From NCBI GenBank assembly GCA_963675755.2, contig CAXXMD010000003.1:256001-320000 (forward strand): a stretch of 64,000 bases of DNA. Direction: 5' to 3'. Position 1 is the first letter of the stretch. Each line of letters begins with the position of its first letter. The notes under the pieces are model-generated. The model ran no database searches. It saw only the letters and a program-made list of their open reading frames with translations, and had not been told where the DNA came from. Positions 29,189 through 40,119 of the stretch are shown here, piece by piece. Source of the DNA: a bacterium (lineage in GTDB: Bacteria; Zhuqueibacterota; Zhuqueibacteria; Residuimicrobiales; Krinioviventaceae). The translations under genes and the position numbers were made by a program.

Positions 29189-30171
29189 GTTTTTTTGATT
29201 GATATCATATCGTTTTTAATTTTTTTTTGCTCGCCAAAATATAAAAATCGATCCAGCAGCTTGACAAATGTGCTCCAACGGTTGTCATGCTTTTTCTCTT
29301 TGGCATAAATCCGTTCAAATGCATTCATTTTAGAATCAAGCTCATCCGCAGAATAAAGTAAGAAAGCCTCTCTGCTCATTGGCACAACCGGAGAGCCTTG
29401 CTCAGGCTTGCCCTGGTGTGAAAGTACCAGGTGCAGTAATTCATTTCTTTTATTCTCATCAAAATCCGGTAGAGCATCCATTTTAGATGCTATCATTTGA
29501 TAACCAATTACAATATGTCCCAACAAACGTCCCTGATCAGTATAATCTATAACCGGTCCCGGACTCAATTCATGAATTTTACCAATGTCATGCAGCAGTG
29601 CACCAGCCAGTAACAGATCTTTATCTATACTACTGTACAAGGCACTTGTCCGTTCTACAATACGTGCAACATTCAATGAATGTTCCAGCAAACCTCCTTC
29701 GTAACAATGGTGCCAAAGTTTACCTCCACTTGCCCGCATGATTTTAACTAAAAGTTTTTCATCTCTATAAATACTATTCAACAACTGAACAAGCTGTGGA
29801 TCATGAATTCCATCAATATATTCATATACCTGTTCCAATAGCTGTTGAGCTGTAATTTGGGATTTTGGTATAAAATCGTTCAGTTTTACAGAGTCACGCT
29901 CTGTGACCAAACGGATTTTATTTATGGATAAATGCGGTCTGTTTTTCCAATTGATAACTTTGGCTTTTACTTTAACAAGGTCCCCCTCGTTTAAAAGTTC
30001 TGTGGTCTTTTCAATATTATCCCACAAGGTGCCAAAAATACGACCGGAAGAATCCCCCAATTCGAGAGATAAATATGGTTCTTTTTTCTTTTCGCTGGTG
30101 CGTAATTTTATTTTACGCAATACAAAATAGCTGTCAATACGCTGACCGGGTAAAATATCGTTAACCACCAA
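29185..30171 (-). CDS. yhaM: YhaM/Cbf1-family 3'-5' exoribonuclease (OB-fold plus HD)
   Basis: LGDSSGRI OB-fold, HHCYEGGLLEHS, LLHDIGK, GRLLGHI, LSHQG. Confidence 0.88.
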   Translation of the reverse strand: MVVNDILPGQRIDSYFVLRKIKLRTSEKKKEPYLSLELGDSSGRIFGTLWDNIEKTTELLNEGDLVKVKAKVINWKNRPHLSINKIRLVTERDSVKLNDFIPKSQITAQQLLEQVYEYIDGIHDPQLVQLLNSIYRDEKLLVKIMRASGGKLWHHCYEGGLLEHSLNVARIVERTSALYSSIDKDLLLAGALLHDIGKIHELSPGPVIDYTDQGRLLGHIVIGYQMIASKMDALPDFDENKRNELLHLVLSHQGKPEQGSPVVPMSREAFLLYSADELDSKMNAFERIYAKEKKHDNRWSTFVKLLDRFLYFGEQKKIKNDMISIKKT

Positions 30172-30205
30172 CTCCCTCCTGTTGGATTATGGTTTAGAAC
30201 ATCGG

Positions 30206-30877
30206 TTATCTGCGTCTTTCACTACCTCTGCTGCCACCTGAATTGGATTCCCGGCGGGAGCTTGTTGTACTGCTGTCGTTACTATCCGTACTTACTGATG
30301 AACTTGAGCTATCAGAACTGGAACTGTGTGATCCACTTCTGGAGCTGCGTGTGGCTGGTGTATAACTTTGACTACCACCGCGCTGAGAATCTCTGCGGTC
30401 GTCAGATGTACTACTGCTGCTTCCGCCCGCATCCGGTATCGCCACTTTACTACTTCCTACATTCGTAGGTATAAACACAGGACCGCTTGTGGCAGCAGGT
30501 ACAGGCACCGGTACAAGTCCGTGGGTGCCTGAAGACCCGGGCACAGCAGGACCGGTAATCATCGCAGGATCATCATAATCAATATATTGTGTGCGTATTG
30601 GGGGCAGATCATATGAATCTTCCCACCAGGCAGTTTGATAGAAAAATTCCCAGGCTTTTTTGCCCTTAACTCCATCCGGCAATATGGTTGTTGTACCACT
30701 AAATGCTTCCTGGTGGCACTCTATACACCCGTTTTGCAGATGCACATCACCCAATTCGAGCGGTTCACCATCGGATCCGTTTTGTGGGTGTCTGAATTCT
30801 GTATAGGTATAGCACCCGTTCAACAGGAACAGCATGCTGCCTAACAAAACAATTGATTTTTTATTTGATCGTACCAT
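30206..30877 (-). CDS. Lipoprotein with one CxxCH motif and a Ser/Arg-rich disordered tail
   Basis: LLNGC lipobox, CIECH at 30713-30727; start moved to MVRSNKK. Confidence 0.7.
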   Translation of the reverse strand: MVRSNKKSIVLLGSMLFLLNGCYTYTEFRHPQNGSDGEPLELGDVHLQNGCIECHQEAFSGTTTILPDGVKGKKAWEFFYQTAWWEDSYDLPPIRTQYIDYDDPAMITGPAVPGSSGTHGLVPVPVPAATSGPVFIPTNVGSSKVAIPDAGGSSSSTSDDRRDSQRGGSQSYTPATRSSRSGSHSSSSDSSSSSVSTDSNDSSTTSSRRESNSGGSRGSERRR

Positions 30878-31715
30878 AGTATACAAATTTAAGAATACGT
30901 TTCGGTTCAACATTGGTCTCATTGTCCTTTACAAGCAAGTTTTTGAAATCAAATTCAATAAACATATAATCGGTAAATGCCCATCTAACACCAGCATTAA
31001 AATACCCGGTGTTGTTATTGGCGCCTCTAACTTCATCATCATTTGTCGCAAAGTCATATTCAAAGAGCAGTGCAATATCACGGCTGATCAAAGCATCAAT
31101 AGCCAGAAACAAATTGGGATCTTTATCTCCATCACCATCTTCCAGGCTGTAATTGATACCACCGTGCATACCAAACTTGATCAAAGAATTATAACCTTTT
31201 GATGCCACTGCAAAAACACCGCGTGATTTGTTTGCATATCGATCAGAGATCAAAGCGGGATCACCCTCTTCAGGCAATGTCTGACTGGGAACATTTTTCC
31301 AAAAAGGTCCATAGCCTTGAGAATCAAAACCCAACACAAATGCCGGCATTGCCAGCGTTTCTTCCATCAGGCGATACATGAAATGTATGCCAGGATTGTC
31401 ATTCCATTTGACAATCTGATCTCCAATAATGTTTACACCGCCAAAAGATACTCCAAACATCATCCGGTTTGAAATACCAACGGATAACCTGCCAATAGCG
31501 CCACCCTGTTCAAACAGACGAATGCTGGTTTTGATATCTCCTCCACGCAAAATACTCGCAGTGGGCATATCAATCATTTGTACGGGTTTGGATAAATATG
31601 AATCAGGATTAATTCCCGGCAATCTCTGGTTTGACAATAGAGAACGGTCATCAAACTGACCAAACACCGCCGATGTCAGAAATGCCAGCAAAATACATAT
31701 TATCCCTTTTTTCAT
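30861..31715 (-). CDS. YjbH-like outer-membrane beta-barrel protein
   Basis: Signal peptide, IDMPTA motif, amphipathic strands (FNAGVRW). Confidence 0.6.
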   Translation of the reverse strand: MKKGIICILLAFLTSAVFGQFDDRSLLSNQRLPGINPDSYLSKPVQMIDMPTASILRGGDIKTSIRLFEQGGAIGRLSVGISNRMMFGVSFGGVNIIGDQIVKWNDNPGIHFMYRLMEETLAMPAFVLGFDSQGYGPFWKNVPSQTLPEEGDPALISDRYANKSRGVFAVASKGYNSLIKFGMHGGINYSLEDGDGDKDPNLFLAIDALISRDIALLFEYDFATNDDEVRGANNNTGYFNAGVRWAFTDYMFIEFDFKNLLVKDNETNVEPKRILKFVYYGTIK

Positions 31716-31768
31716 CTTTTCGCGTTTCCTTTGTTTGATTTAGAAACATGCTCCAACAACAGTAAATA

Positions 31769-32356
31769 TTATAAAACGACAAATACGGAAAAGCCTACAC
31801 CAATTTTAAAGATCGTCCGCGGTTCATCATATATAGGGCCATTTGGCATCAAATAAATTACATCTGCCTGAACGCGTAATACAGAAGACTTGCTCATAGC
31901 GGAACGCGTACCAATTCCCAGAGATAAAGCAGGTCCCGAATAGACATCACCACTCTGTTCTTCGTCGTCATTGGAAAATCCATCAATCCACATACCGGCT
32001 TTCACATTTCCATACACACCCGCCGCACTGCCAAGATCTCGTTTACGATATCGTTGACGTGCGTAATCATCGGGTACAATATCAAATATACGTTGCGATA
32101 TACCAACCAGCAATATAGTAGAAACCTGAGACTGGCCATTCTGAAAATTCATATTTATTACAGGTTCAAACTCTGTTGCCGTACTGCGGCCCCAGTGATA
32201 ACCAATTACCCAGCGGACGTCAAAATTGCTATAACTTGAATCACCGGAATTGGATTGAAAAGAAAACAAACCACCGGTATCTACAGAACCTTTTCGTTGT
32301 GCAAAACCAGCAGTAGCCATAGTCAAAACAAGAATGAAAAGTAATTTTTTAGACAT
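31769..32356 (-). CDS. Small outer-membrane beta-barrel protein
   Basis: GGAG RBS, MSKKLL signal (AFA-like cleavage), terminal strand IGVGFSVF. Confidence 0.6.
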   Translation of the reverse strand: MSKKLLFILVLTMATAGFAQRKGSVDTGGLFSFQSNSGDSSYSNFDVRWVIGYHWGRSTATEFEPVINMNFQNGQSQVSTILLVGISQRIFDIVPDDYARQRYRKRDLGSAAGVYGNVKAGMWIDGFSNDDEEQSGDVYSGPALSLGIGTRSAMSKSSVLRVQADVIYLMPNGPIYDEPRTIFKIGVGFSVFVVL

Positions 32357-32480
32357 AGTTTCTCCAAATTTCGGAATTGCACAAAGCAATTCCCGGTTTA
32401 CCAGTTTCTTAAATGTATAAAAAATTACTGAATAAAACAAGACATGCAGAAAACGAACATTGCTTATCAGTTAAATTTTT

Positions 32481-33254
32481 TTATGTAGGTGGTAATTTGT
32501 CTTTTTCTAAAAGTTCTTTTAATCGGTTGTCCAATTGATCAAGCATAATCAATGCCTTGGGCATAAAACGTGATGAATCCTGAGCTTTTTCGCGTATCAG
32601 AAATTTAGCAGCCACAATTTGTTTAATCAAGGTCTCTTTAACTTGAGGCCTAAACTCACATTCCGGATATATATCATAAAACTCGTCAAACAAAGTAAAC
32701 GAAGCAACAACTTCAGTAAGAATATCCTGCCATTTTACCCGCGATTCATTGTCAAGTGCCAAACGGATAATATATTTCTTGTCATGCCTGCGCGAGGGAT
32801 TGTCCCACTGGGCAAGTGCAATATATTTCATGAACAAGCGCTGCAAATATATATTTTTTTGATACATACTGTCTTCAAGGGCAATTTTTCTTTTCAGGTC
32901 TTCCACATCATGCAGCCAAACACGATGTTCAAATTCAACTTTGTGCAGTTTGTATCTCAATTCAAGATGGGTCCATGAACTAACTGTTTTCCCCTTTAAC
33001 CTGGCCGGTATATATTTGACAGATTTGGCATATTCAATTGCTGCACTGTCTAGCATGGCATTGCCGGATGAACGAACAATATTGGTTTCCTGGGGCATGC
33101 CTTTATCGCTTACAAAAACGCCGACCAAAGCGCTGCCTTCTATCTTTTCAATTTGAGCATCAAGGGGATAGTTTAGATCTCGATCAATAATAACCTTGGG
33201 GGCTTTATAGTCCAATAGAGATGCATTACCCCCGCAAGAAATGAATCCCACCAT
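32481..33254 (-). CDS. TonB C-terminal-domain protein with a helical extension; start uncertain
   Basis: YPLDAQIEKIEG, RSSGNAMLDSAA, YIPAR. Confidence 0.75.
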   Translation of the reverse strand: MVGFISCGGNASLLDYKAPKVIIDRDLNYPLDAQIEKIEGSALVGVFVSDKGMPQETNIVRSSGNAMLDSAAIEYAKSVKYIPARLKGKTVSSWTHLELRYKLHKVEFEHRVWLHDVEDLKRKIALEDSMYQKNIYLQRLFMKYIALAQWDNPSRRHDKKYIIRLALDNESRVKWQDILTEVVASFTLFDEFYDIYPECEFRPQVKETLIKQIVAAKFLIREKAQDSSRFMPKALIMLDQLDNRLKELLEKDKLPPT

Positions 33255-33325
33255 AATTAAAACACAAATAACACACCAATACAGCCCCCTTTTAAAAGGG
33301 GTGCTGTAGGTGTGAGATACATGTT

Positions 33326-34747
33326 TTAAAATCTTATCGATAATGTTCCTACTACTTTGGTAAACGATTTATCTTCAACCGTGGTCGTATTGGTTAAACC
33401 ATCATAAACGGATTGTTCCCAACTACCCTTCATTGATGCAATATCAACCATCACTTGTTTATCCAGCATCAAACTTATACCTGCTGTAAGATATTCCTTA
33501 TCTGGCTTTTCATCAGCATATTTATATGGCGACGGGCTGGTCGAATATCCACCACGCAACCTTATATTTATTACAGGAACAAATACTTCGGCACCCAAAT
33601 GTACTTTGGTCACTGCCTGCAGGTTTTGTTTTATATTAACATTAGCTTCGCTCATAGTAATTCCCGAAACCGGGGGTTCTGATTTAAATTTTGCCTGTGA
33701 CCAATCCTGAAATTCTAAACCACCAGACAAGAGAAGGTTCAACAGTTTAAAAGAGGCTCCCGCCGCAATAGAATAGGGTTCCTGTATTTTATATTCAAAT
33801 TCACCTTCATATTTCAACTGTTCCAGCGGATCAACGCCGTCATATGTTTCATCAAATGTTTCTGACCAATTTTCGGTGATTGTATAAGTAGTTGGAAACA
33901 GGATTGTGGCTCCCAAGCGCAGTGCATCGTTATAGCGATACAAAGCACCTACCTTGAGATTGGTAGCACTAAAATCAGAAACTATTCCCTGAGTATAAGA
34001 CCAGGTATCCAGATCGTTCATAATTACATTGGTCACGCCATTTTCATCTTCATATTCCAAATATGAATTATAAATATTCATCAAATCTTTTTCAGTAAAG
34101 ATCAGATTATAATCATCTTTTCCACTAATAAAGTTAAGAGATGCACCCAGGAAAAAATTCTTTTGTACTTCAACCGCACCAGATACCACAAAATGATTCA
34201 TGGTGCCTTCTTCAATCAAAGACTCGTATTGATTTAACGAATCATCAATATCGGTAAAGTATTCAAAATCATCGTCCGCACCCCAGTTGGGCAATACATA
34301 ATCCGCATATGAGGAATAATCCGTATTGAATCCATCCAGTTCAAGCACATTATCAAAATCATGAACACGGTTATAACCGGCAGCAAAGACCATACTGCCT
34401 TGATAGGTTGGTACAGGAAATACAAAACCAAATGAATTTAAACGGGTAGCACTATTGGTACTATTAAATGTTGATCCCAAAAAGTTGAGATCATTTTCAG
34501 CTATATTGTGTGAAAAACCGATATTCATTTCCATTCTTCGGATCTGGCCCAAACCCGCGGGATTCCAGTATACTGCAGAATAATCATCTGCTATTCCTGA
34601 GAATGCGCCACCCATACCAATAGCACGGGCACCAATACCGGTTTCGTGTCCTAAAAAGAAAATCTCTTCCTGGGCTGTTGCCGCTCCCGGCAACAATATA
34701 CCAGCCAGCACACAAACAGCAATACTCATCATGATTAATTTACGCAT
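33326..34747 (-). CDS. OmpP1/FadL-family outer-membrane transporter
   Basis: GARAIGMGGAFSGIADDYSAVYWNPAGL, RGGYSTSPSPY, terminal LSIRF. Confidence 0.85.
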   Translation of the reverse strand: MRKLIMMSIAVCVLAGILLPGAATAQEEIFFLGHETGIGARAIGMGGAFSGIADDYSAVYWNPAGLGQIRRMEMNIGFSHNIAENDLNFLGSTFNSTNSATRLNSFGFVFPVPTYQGSMVFAAGYNRVHDFDNVLELDGFNTDYSSYADYVLPNWGADDDFEYFTDIDDSLNQYESLIEEGTMNHFVVSGAVEVQKNFFLGASLNFISGKDDYNLIFTEKDLMNIYNSYLEYEDENGVTNVIMNDLDTWSYTQGIVSDFSATNLKVGALYRYNDALRLGATILFPTTYTITENWSETFDETYDGVDPLEQLKYEGEFEYKIQEPYSIAAGASFKLLNLLLSGGLEFQDWSQAKFKSEPPVSGITMSEANVNIKQNLQAVTKVHLGAEVFVPVINIRLRGGYSTSPSPYKYADEKPDKEYLTAGISLMLDKQVMVDIASMKGSWEQSVYDGLTNTTTVEDKSFTKVVGTLSIRF

Positions 34748-34789
34748 AATATATTCTCCTATCTCACGTTGCCGTTAGTTTGTTTACTG

Positions 34790-35908
34790 TTAACGTCTGC
34801 CGCCTGACCTGCTGCTGCTCCCTGATGAACTTGAAGAAGATCTTCCGCTTGAGCTTGAGCTTGAAGAACTGCTTCCTGAACTGCTGCTGGAGCTGCCTGA
34901 AGATCTCGAAACGCTTGAAGATCTTGATCTTCCAGAGCTACTGCTGCTGCTTCTGCTGGAAGATGAAGGTTTGCTATAAGATCCACTACTACTGCTGCTG
35001 CTCCTTGTTTTACGGGTAACGGTTCTTGATCTGCTGTCAGAACTGTTGCTTGAGCTAGAGCTTGATCTTGAACGTGTTGAACTAACGGTTCCTGACGAAC
35101 TTGAAGATGAACGAGTACTGTTCCGTGTTACTTCACGTGTTGTTGAAGAATTATTGCTTGAACGACGGCTTGTACTTGAAACTGCAGACGGAATCTTGAC
35201 TTTTCTGGTCCGTGTTGTACTTCTGCGAATTTCACTGCTATTCGTACTGGTTGTCGGTTTGCGTGTAACTGTACTCGTTCTGCCATCAGTAGTTGTACCG
35301 CGTCTTGCTGTACGAGTTGTACTGTTTGCAATGGACTCACTACTACTGCGTCCTGTGTTGGGTGTAATATTACCGGCAACTGAACGGCTTGCAGAGCGGA
35401 TAGGATTATAAGACCGACGATCAAAATCACGCTGTTGCTGAACATGACCGGCGTATCCTACACCGCCATAATAGTTTCGGGGGTAATAGCCATTGTGATA
35501 ATGATGATGTCCATACCAGGCCCATCCACCATAATATGATACAGGTGCCCAGTAATAGGGATCATAATGCCAGCGATAATAATCATATCCCCACCAGGGG
35601 TCCCAATAATTATGATGTCTCCACCAGAAAGAACTGGTAGGATAATACCAACTGTCATAATACCAGGGATTATAAACATCATGATAAACATAAACATCAT
35701 GATCATACTGATAGTATTCAACCTCAGATTCATCCTGAACTTGTTCTTCAGGGACGTAATCATTTTCAACTACGTCATACTCTGCATAATAATCATCTTC
35801 GGCTGTAGTTCTGATTGTCTCCGAACCAAAGCGGGTATAACAACCAGTCATACTTGTTGCGATGAATATAATGAACAACAAAGCCGGAATATTTTTAATT
35901 TTCTTCAT
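34790..35908 (-). CDS. Lipoprotein with a Trp/Tyr/His-rich core and a long Ser/Arg/Thr-rich tail
   Basis: MTGC lipobox, AGGAGG RBS, low-complexity C-terminal half ending GGRR. Confidence 0.8.
   Translation of the reverse strand: MKKIKNIPALLFIIFIATSMTGCYTRFGSETIRTTAEDDYYAEYDVVENDYVPEEQVQDESEVEYYQYDHDVYVYHDVYNPWYYDSWYYPTSSFWWRHHNYWDPWWGYDYYRWHYDPYYWAPVSYYGGWAWYGHHHYHNGYYPRNYYGGVGYAGHVQQQRDFDRRSYNPIRSASRSVAGNITPNTGRSSSESIANSTTRTARRGTTTDGRTSTVTRKPTTSTNSSEIRRSTTRTRKVKIPSAVSSTSRRSSNNSSTTREVTRNSTRSSSSSSGTVSSTRSRSSSSSSNSSDSRSRTVTRKTRSSSSSSGSYSKPSSSSRSSSSSSGRSRSSSVSRSSGSSSSSSGSSSSSSSSSGRSSSSSSGSSSRSGGRR
34793..35350 (-). repeat. Low-complexity poly-Ser/Arg coding tract
   Basis: Runs such as SSSSSGR encoded by mixed AGC/TCT/TCA codons. 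Confidence 0.8.
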
Positions 35909-36024
35909 AGGATTTGCCTCCTTTCAGGCGCACCAAAAACACATAATTCTCAATCAGCAAGTAATATAACACGTTTCAGCTCTCATTTATTTGACGTATC
36001 TGGCAAAAAAAACGTTTACATGAT

Positions 36025-36645
36025 TTATCGATTTTCAAAACTATACTCACACGTGGTCCACATTTCAATTGATTTCGCATTTGCTTTTGCAGGCAAATAC
36101 CTGCTCTTGTAAGCAGCGGAAACCGCTGCCAATTGACAATCTTGATTGCCTGTCGTGTTTTTAGAGACCACTACATCGACCACTTTGCCAGTATGATCGA
36201 TCTTTATATGTAATTTTACGTTTCCACCGACTTTTTGTTTCTGCAAGTTTTTAGGATATTCCGGTAAAACCTGCACAAGTGGTCGTGGAGGAATCGTATC
36301 CGGAGCACCGATGGTAAGCCCGGCGTTCCCATCCGGAGAATCACCCAGGTCCCAGATTACATTGGTTTCGTCGATTGTCTCATCATCCGGAATTTGTGGA
36401 TCTTCTGATGGAACCGGAATTACAGGACGTTCAGGGCGCGGGTTTCCGCGTCTAACATGCTGCGTGGTAACCGGTATATCTGCAAAGACAAAATCGAATT
36501 TTATAACCTGAGGTTTACGGGGAACATGGTTAAACTTTTTGGGCAAGATTTGAAAAAATAGTATGAACAGAAAAAGTACAAGGGCAATGGCCTGATTCAA
36601 GCGTAAATAATAAAAACGGTGCTCGATTTTATTCTTTTTATTCAT
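36025..36645 (-). CDS. tonB: TonB energy transducer
   Basis: N-terminal TM, Pro-rich linker, PEYPKNL...GNVKLHIKIDHTGKV. Confidence 0.75.
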   Translation of the reverse strand: MNKKNKIEHRFYYLRLNQAIALVLFLFILFFQILPKKFNHVPRKPQVIKFDFVFADIPVTTQHVRRGNPRPERPVIPVPSEDPQIPDDETIDETNVIWDLGDSPDGNAGLTIGAPDTIPPRPLVQVLPEYPKNLQKQKVGGNVKLHIKIDHTGKVVDVVVSKNTTGNQDCQLAAVSAAYKSRYLPAKANAKSIEMWTTCEYSFENR

Positions 36646-36680
36646 GTAAACCAAAAGTTACAAAAGCTGCCATTATCTAT

Positions 36681-37436
36681 TTAAATAACTTCCAATGCAC
36701 TCTTTTTCATCCATCCAACTTTACCATCGGCCAGTTCAATTTTCACAAAATCACCGGATTCGTCCGTTATTCTTACTTTTAGACCTTCGTGAAGCGCAAA
36801 AACTTCCGTTGCATCGCGTGCCGGGGAGCTCATTATGTCAATTTTTTCTACAAGAATCACACCATATTTATGATATATATCTTCCTGTACCCGTTGTACA
36901 AAAACCAGAGTACTGAAAATACATATAATTAAAACAGGAATAAAAGCAATTTTAGCAAACCTTTTAACTTGTTCATTACGTAAAACCAAGCGTAACATTA
37001 ATAACACCATTAACAAGACATAAATAATCAATGTAACAGTGCCCAATTGAGATATATTTAGCGCATTTTTAACACTATTCCACAATTTGGTAAAAATAAA
37101 TGGCGGTGGAACTGCCAGTTTATCTACCACCTGCAATTGAGCAATCTCTAAATTATAGGCAACATCGGGATCATGGGGTTGTATTTTGAGGGCTTTTTCA
37201 TAATACAATATACTATGCCCAATATCACCTAGCTTGTAATATGAATTACCCAGATTATAATACAATTCGGGACTTGTGTAACCGGTCTCTATTGCAGACT
37301 GGTATTTTTCCACAGCTTCAATGTATTTTCCCTGCTGGTACATTTCGTTTCCAGCTTGAAAATTGGCAAGCACCTGGCCCTCCTGGGCTTTGGGTGCCAA
37401 CAATAAAACAATGTATGCAATTATCCACATATTCAT
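36681..37436 (-). CDS. batE: BatE (TPR, TM pair, SH3)
   Basis: YYNLGNSYYK TPR; FALHEGLKV...LADGKVGW SH3b; operon order. Confidence 0.88.
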   Translation of the reverse strand: MNMWIIAYIVLLLAPKAQEGQVLANFQAGNEMYQQGKYIEAVEKYQSAIETGYTSPELYYNLGNSYYKLGDIGHSILYYEKALKIQPHDPDVAYNLEIAQLQVVDKLAVPPPFIFTKLWNSVKNALNISQLGTVTLIIYVLLMVLLMLRLVLRNEQVKRFAKIAFIPVLIICIFSTLVFVQRVQEDIYHKYGVILVEKIDIMSSPARDATEVFALHEGLKVRITDESGDFVKIELADGKVGWMKKSALEVI

Positions 37437-39284
37437 TTATAAAGTTTTTTCCAGACTGATTATTGCTTCTTTTGCCTTTCCTAAAAAGGCTTCCATTTCA
37501 TCAAGTTTAACATTTGCCGGTGCAAACCTTTGGTAATCACAGTGTTGTACCAGCTCTAAATACTGTTGAATTATCTGCGGTTCAACATTCTTGCTTTTTA
37601 AATGCGATTCCAGCTCTGTAGATATAATACCCGCTTCTGCCAGATTCAATTTATCTGCCGCAAAACCCAACAATGCTCTTGAAACTGCCGCATAATATTC
37701 TTTTTGCGTGTCTTCGGATAACAGTTTTTTGGCTTTTGATAAATGTTTAAGAGCCATTGCATTTGCACGACGACTACGCGCATAAGCAACATTACCGCTC
37801 ATTTTCACCAAATGCTTATTATAAGCTATGGAACCCATCAATAAAAGTAAAGGGAAAATAATTACCGTATAAAAAGAAAAGCTCTTGTAAATTCTATAGT
37901 TTAGCGGGATAATTCTTTCCTGGCTGAGCTTGATAAACCGAATATCCTGGCCTACCAACCTTACTTCTTCTTTACTCAAACCAGAGCCGCTAACCGCAAC
38001 AAACTCGTCGTTTCCCTTGTCTACCTGTATTACAAATTCCGGGGTTGTCAACGTTTTATACTTTTTATCTTTGAGATCAAAAAATGTCAACACATAGGGT
38101 TTAATATGCTGTTCGCCCGGAAATCGCGGTACCAGTACAAATTCAAAACTTTTGGTTCCGGTAACACCTGTTTTCTGTCTTGATATATTTTCAGTAGATT
38201 TAGGCGCGTATTGTTCAAAATCTCCGGGAATAGTTAATTCCGGCTCTGGGATCATTTTAATATTACCGCTTCCCGCAATATCAATTTTCAAGGTTATAGC
38301 TTCATTGGTGGTAACATGGTTTTTATCCAGACTTGCGGTCATTTTAAAATCACCAACAAGTCCTGAAAAATTGGCAGGTTTACCAGCCTGAGGTAAAGAC
38401 ATTACTTCAATATCGAGTGGTTTTGAAAAGATGGTCTTTGTTACCGTACGTGAGAAAAAAGAATTGTCAAAAAAATCGTTAAATATATCTCTACTATTAC
38501 TCCGTTGCGGAACACGTATATTACAATCAATTGCCAACTCGCCAATGGTCTTTTTGCCGGGTGATGTTGGAAACAATACCTGTTTTTTGATATCGGCAAG
38601 TACATATTTTTTGCCATTAATTACTTCTTCCCAAACTTTGGGACGCGTACCCAAGTCTACCTCTTCCGCCCAGAAACCAACATTTTCCGGTAATTTTGAA
38701 GGCACATAATTTTCAAATCCCAGTCCGGCAGCAATAAATACCCGATACGTAACAATTACAGGCTCATTCTGATATACTTTTTTCTTGTTCACAATACCAC
38801 GTATAAACAATTCGTCAGAAGTTGCTCCCGCCACCTGTTGTGATTTACCATCTGCACCCGGCTGCGCCTGGGCTTTTTCATCAGCTTTCAAGATTGTTAA
38901 TTTAACGGGTTGCGAGCTCACCTGGTCGTTCTTTAGACTGACTGTCATTGCAGGAATGGTATATGAACCTTCTTTGACAGCCATATAATAATATTTCTGA
39001 GATTTGGTTACAGACATTTTGCCATTGATAAACTGGATATTCTGCGAAGTACCGCCAGAGCCCATAAAACGAAAGAAACCTCCCATATCCGGGGGATCAG
39101 GCAGCTCTACTTTATTCGCATCTTTGCCAGACAATTCAATTGTCAGCAATAATTGTTGATTAACAGCAAGTGCTGTTTTATCTACAATAGCACGTAATGA
39201 CAAGGGATCCTGGGCAAACAGCGTTCCTGTTAAAACCCAGCCCCATAACACAATAAAAAATAATTTTGCAAATTTGTTATTCAT
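37437..39284 (-). CDS. batD: BatD
   Basis: Ig-like repeats, KPANFSGLVGDF, GSGNI, DIRFIK, C-terminal TM, YQRFAP. Confidence 0.9.
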   Translation of the reverse strand: MNNKFAKLFFIVLWGWVLTGTLFAQDPLSLRAIVDKTALAVNQQLLLTIELSGKDANKVELPDPPDMGGFFRFMGSGGTSQNIQFINGKMSVTKSQKYYYMAVKEGSYTIPAMTVSLKNDQVSSQPVKLTILKADEKAQAQPGADGKSQQVAGATSDELFIRGIVNKKKVYQNEPVIVTYRVFIAAGLGFENYVPSKLPENVGFWAEEVDLGTRPKVWEEVINGKKYVLADIKKQVLFPTSPGKKTIGELAIDCNIRVPQRSNSRDIFNDFFDNSFFSRTVTKTIFSKPLDIEVMSLPQAGKPANFSGLVGDFKMTASLDKNHVTTNEAITLKIDIAGSGNIKMIPEPELTIPGDFEQYAPKSTENISRQKTGVTGTKSFEFVLVPRFPGEQHIKPYVLTFFDLKDKKYKTLTTPEFVIQVDKGNDEFVAVSGSGLSKEEVRLVGQDIRFIKLSQERIIPLNYRIYKSFSFYTVIIFPLLLLMGSIAYNKHLVKMSGNVAYARSRRANAMALKHLSKAKKLLSEDTQKEYYAAVSRALLGFAADKLNLAEAGIISTELESHLKSKNVEPQIIQQYLELVQHCDYQRFAPANVKLDEMEAFLGKAKEAIISLEKTL

Positions 39285-39298
39285 CAACACCAATCCTG

Positions 39299-40114
<816 letters not shown>

Positions 40115-40119
40115 AAAAC

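Noticed and set aside
34759-36112. Several overlapping ORFs rich in Ile/Met, Leu/Val or Cys
   Set aside because: Alternative frames of the low-complexity lipoprotein gene; no independent support
37421-37429. DnaA box TTATCCACA
   Set aside because: Single copy inside the batE coding sequence, with no cluster or origin context
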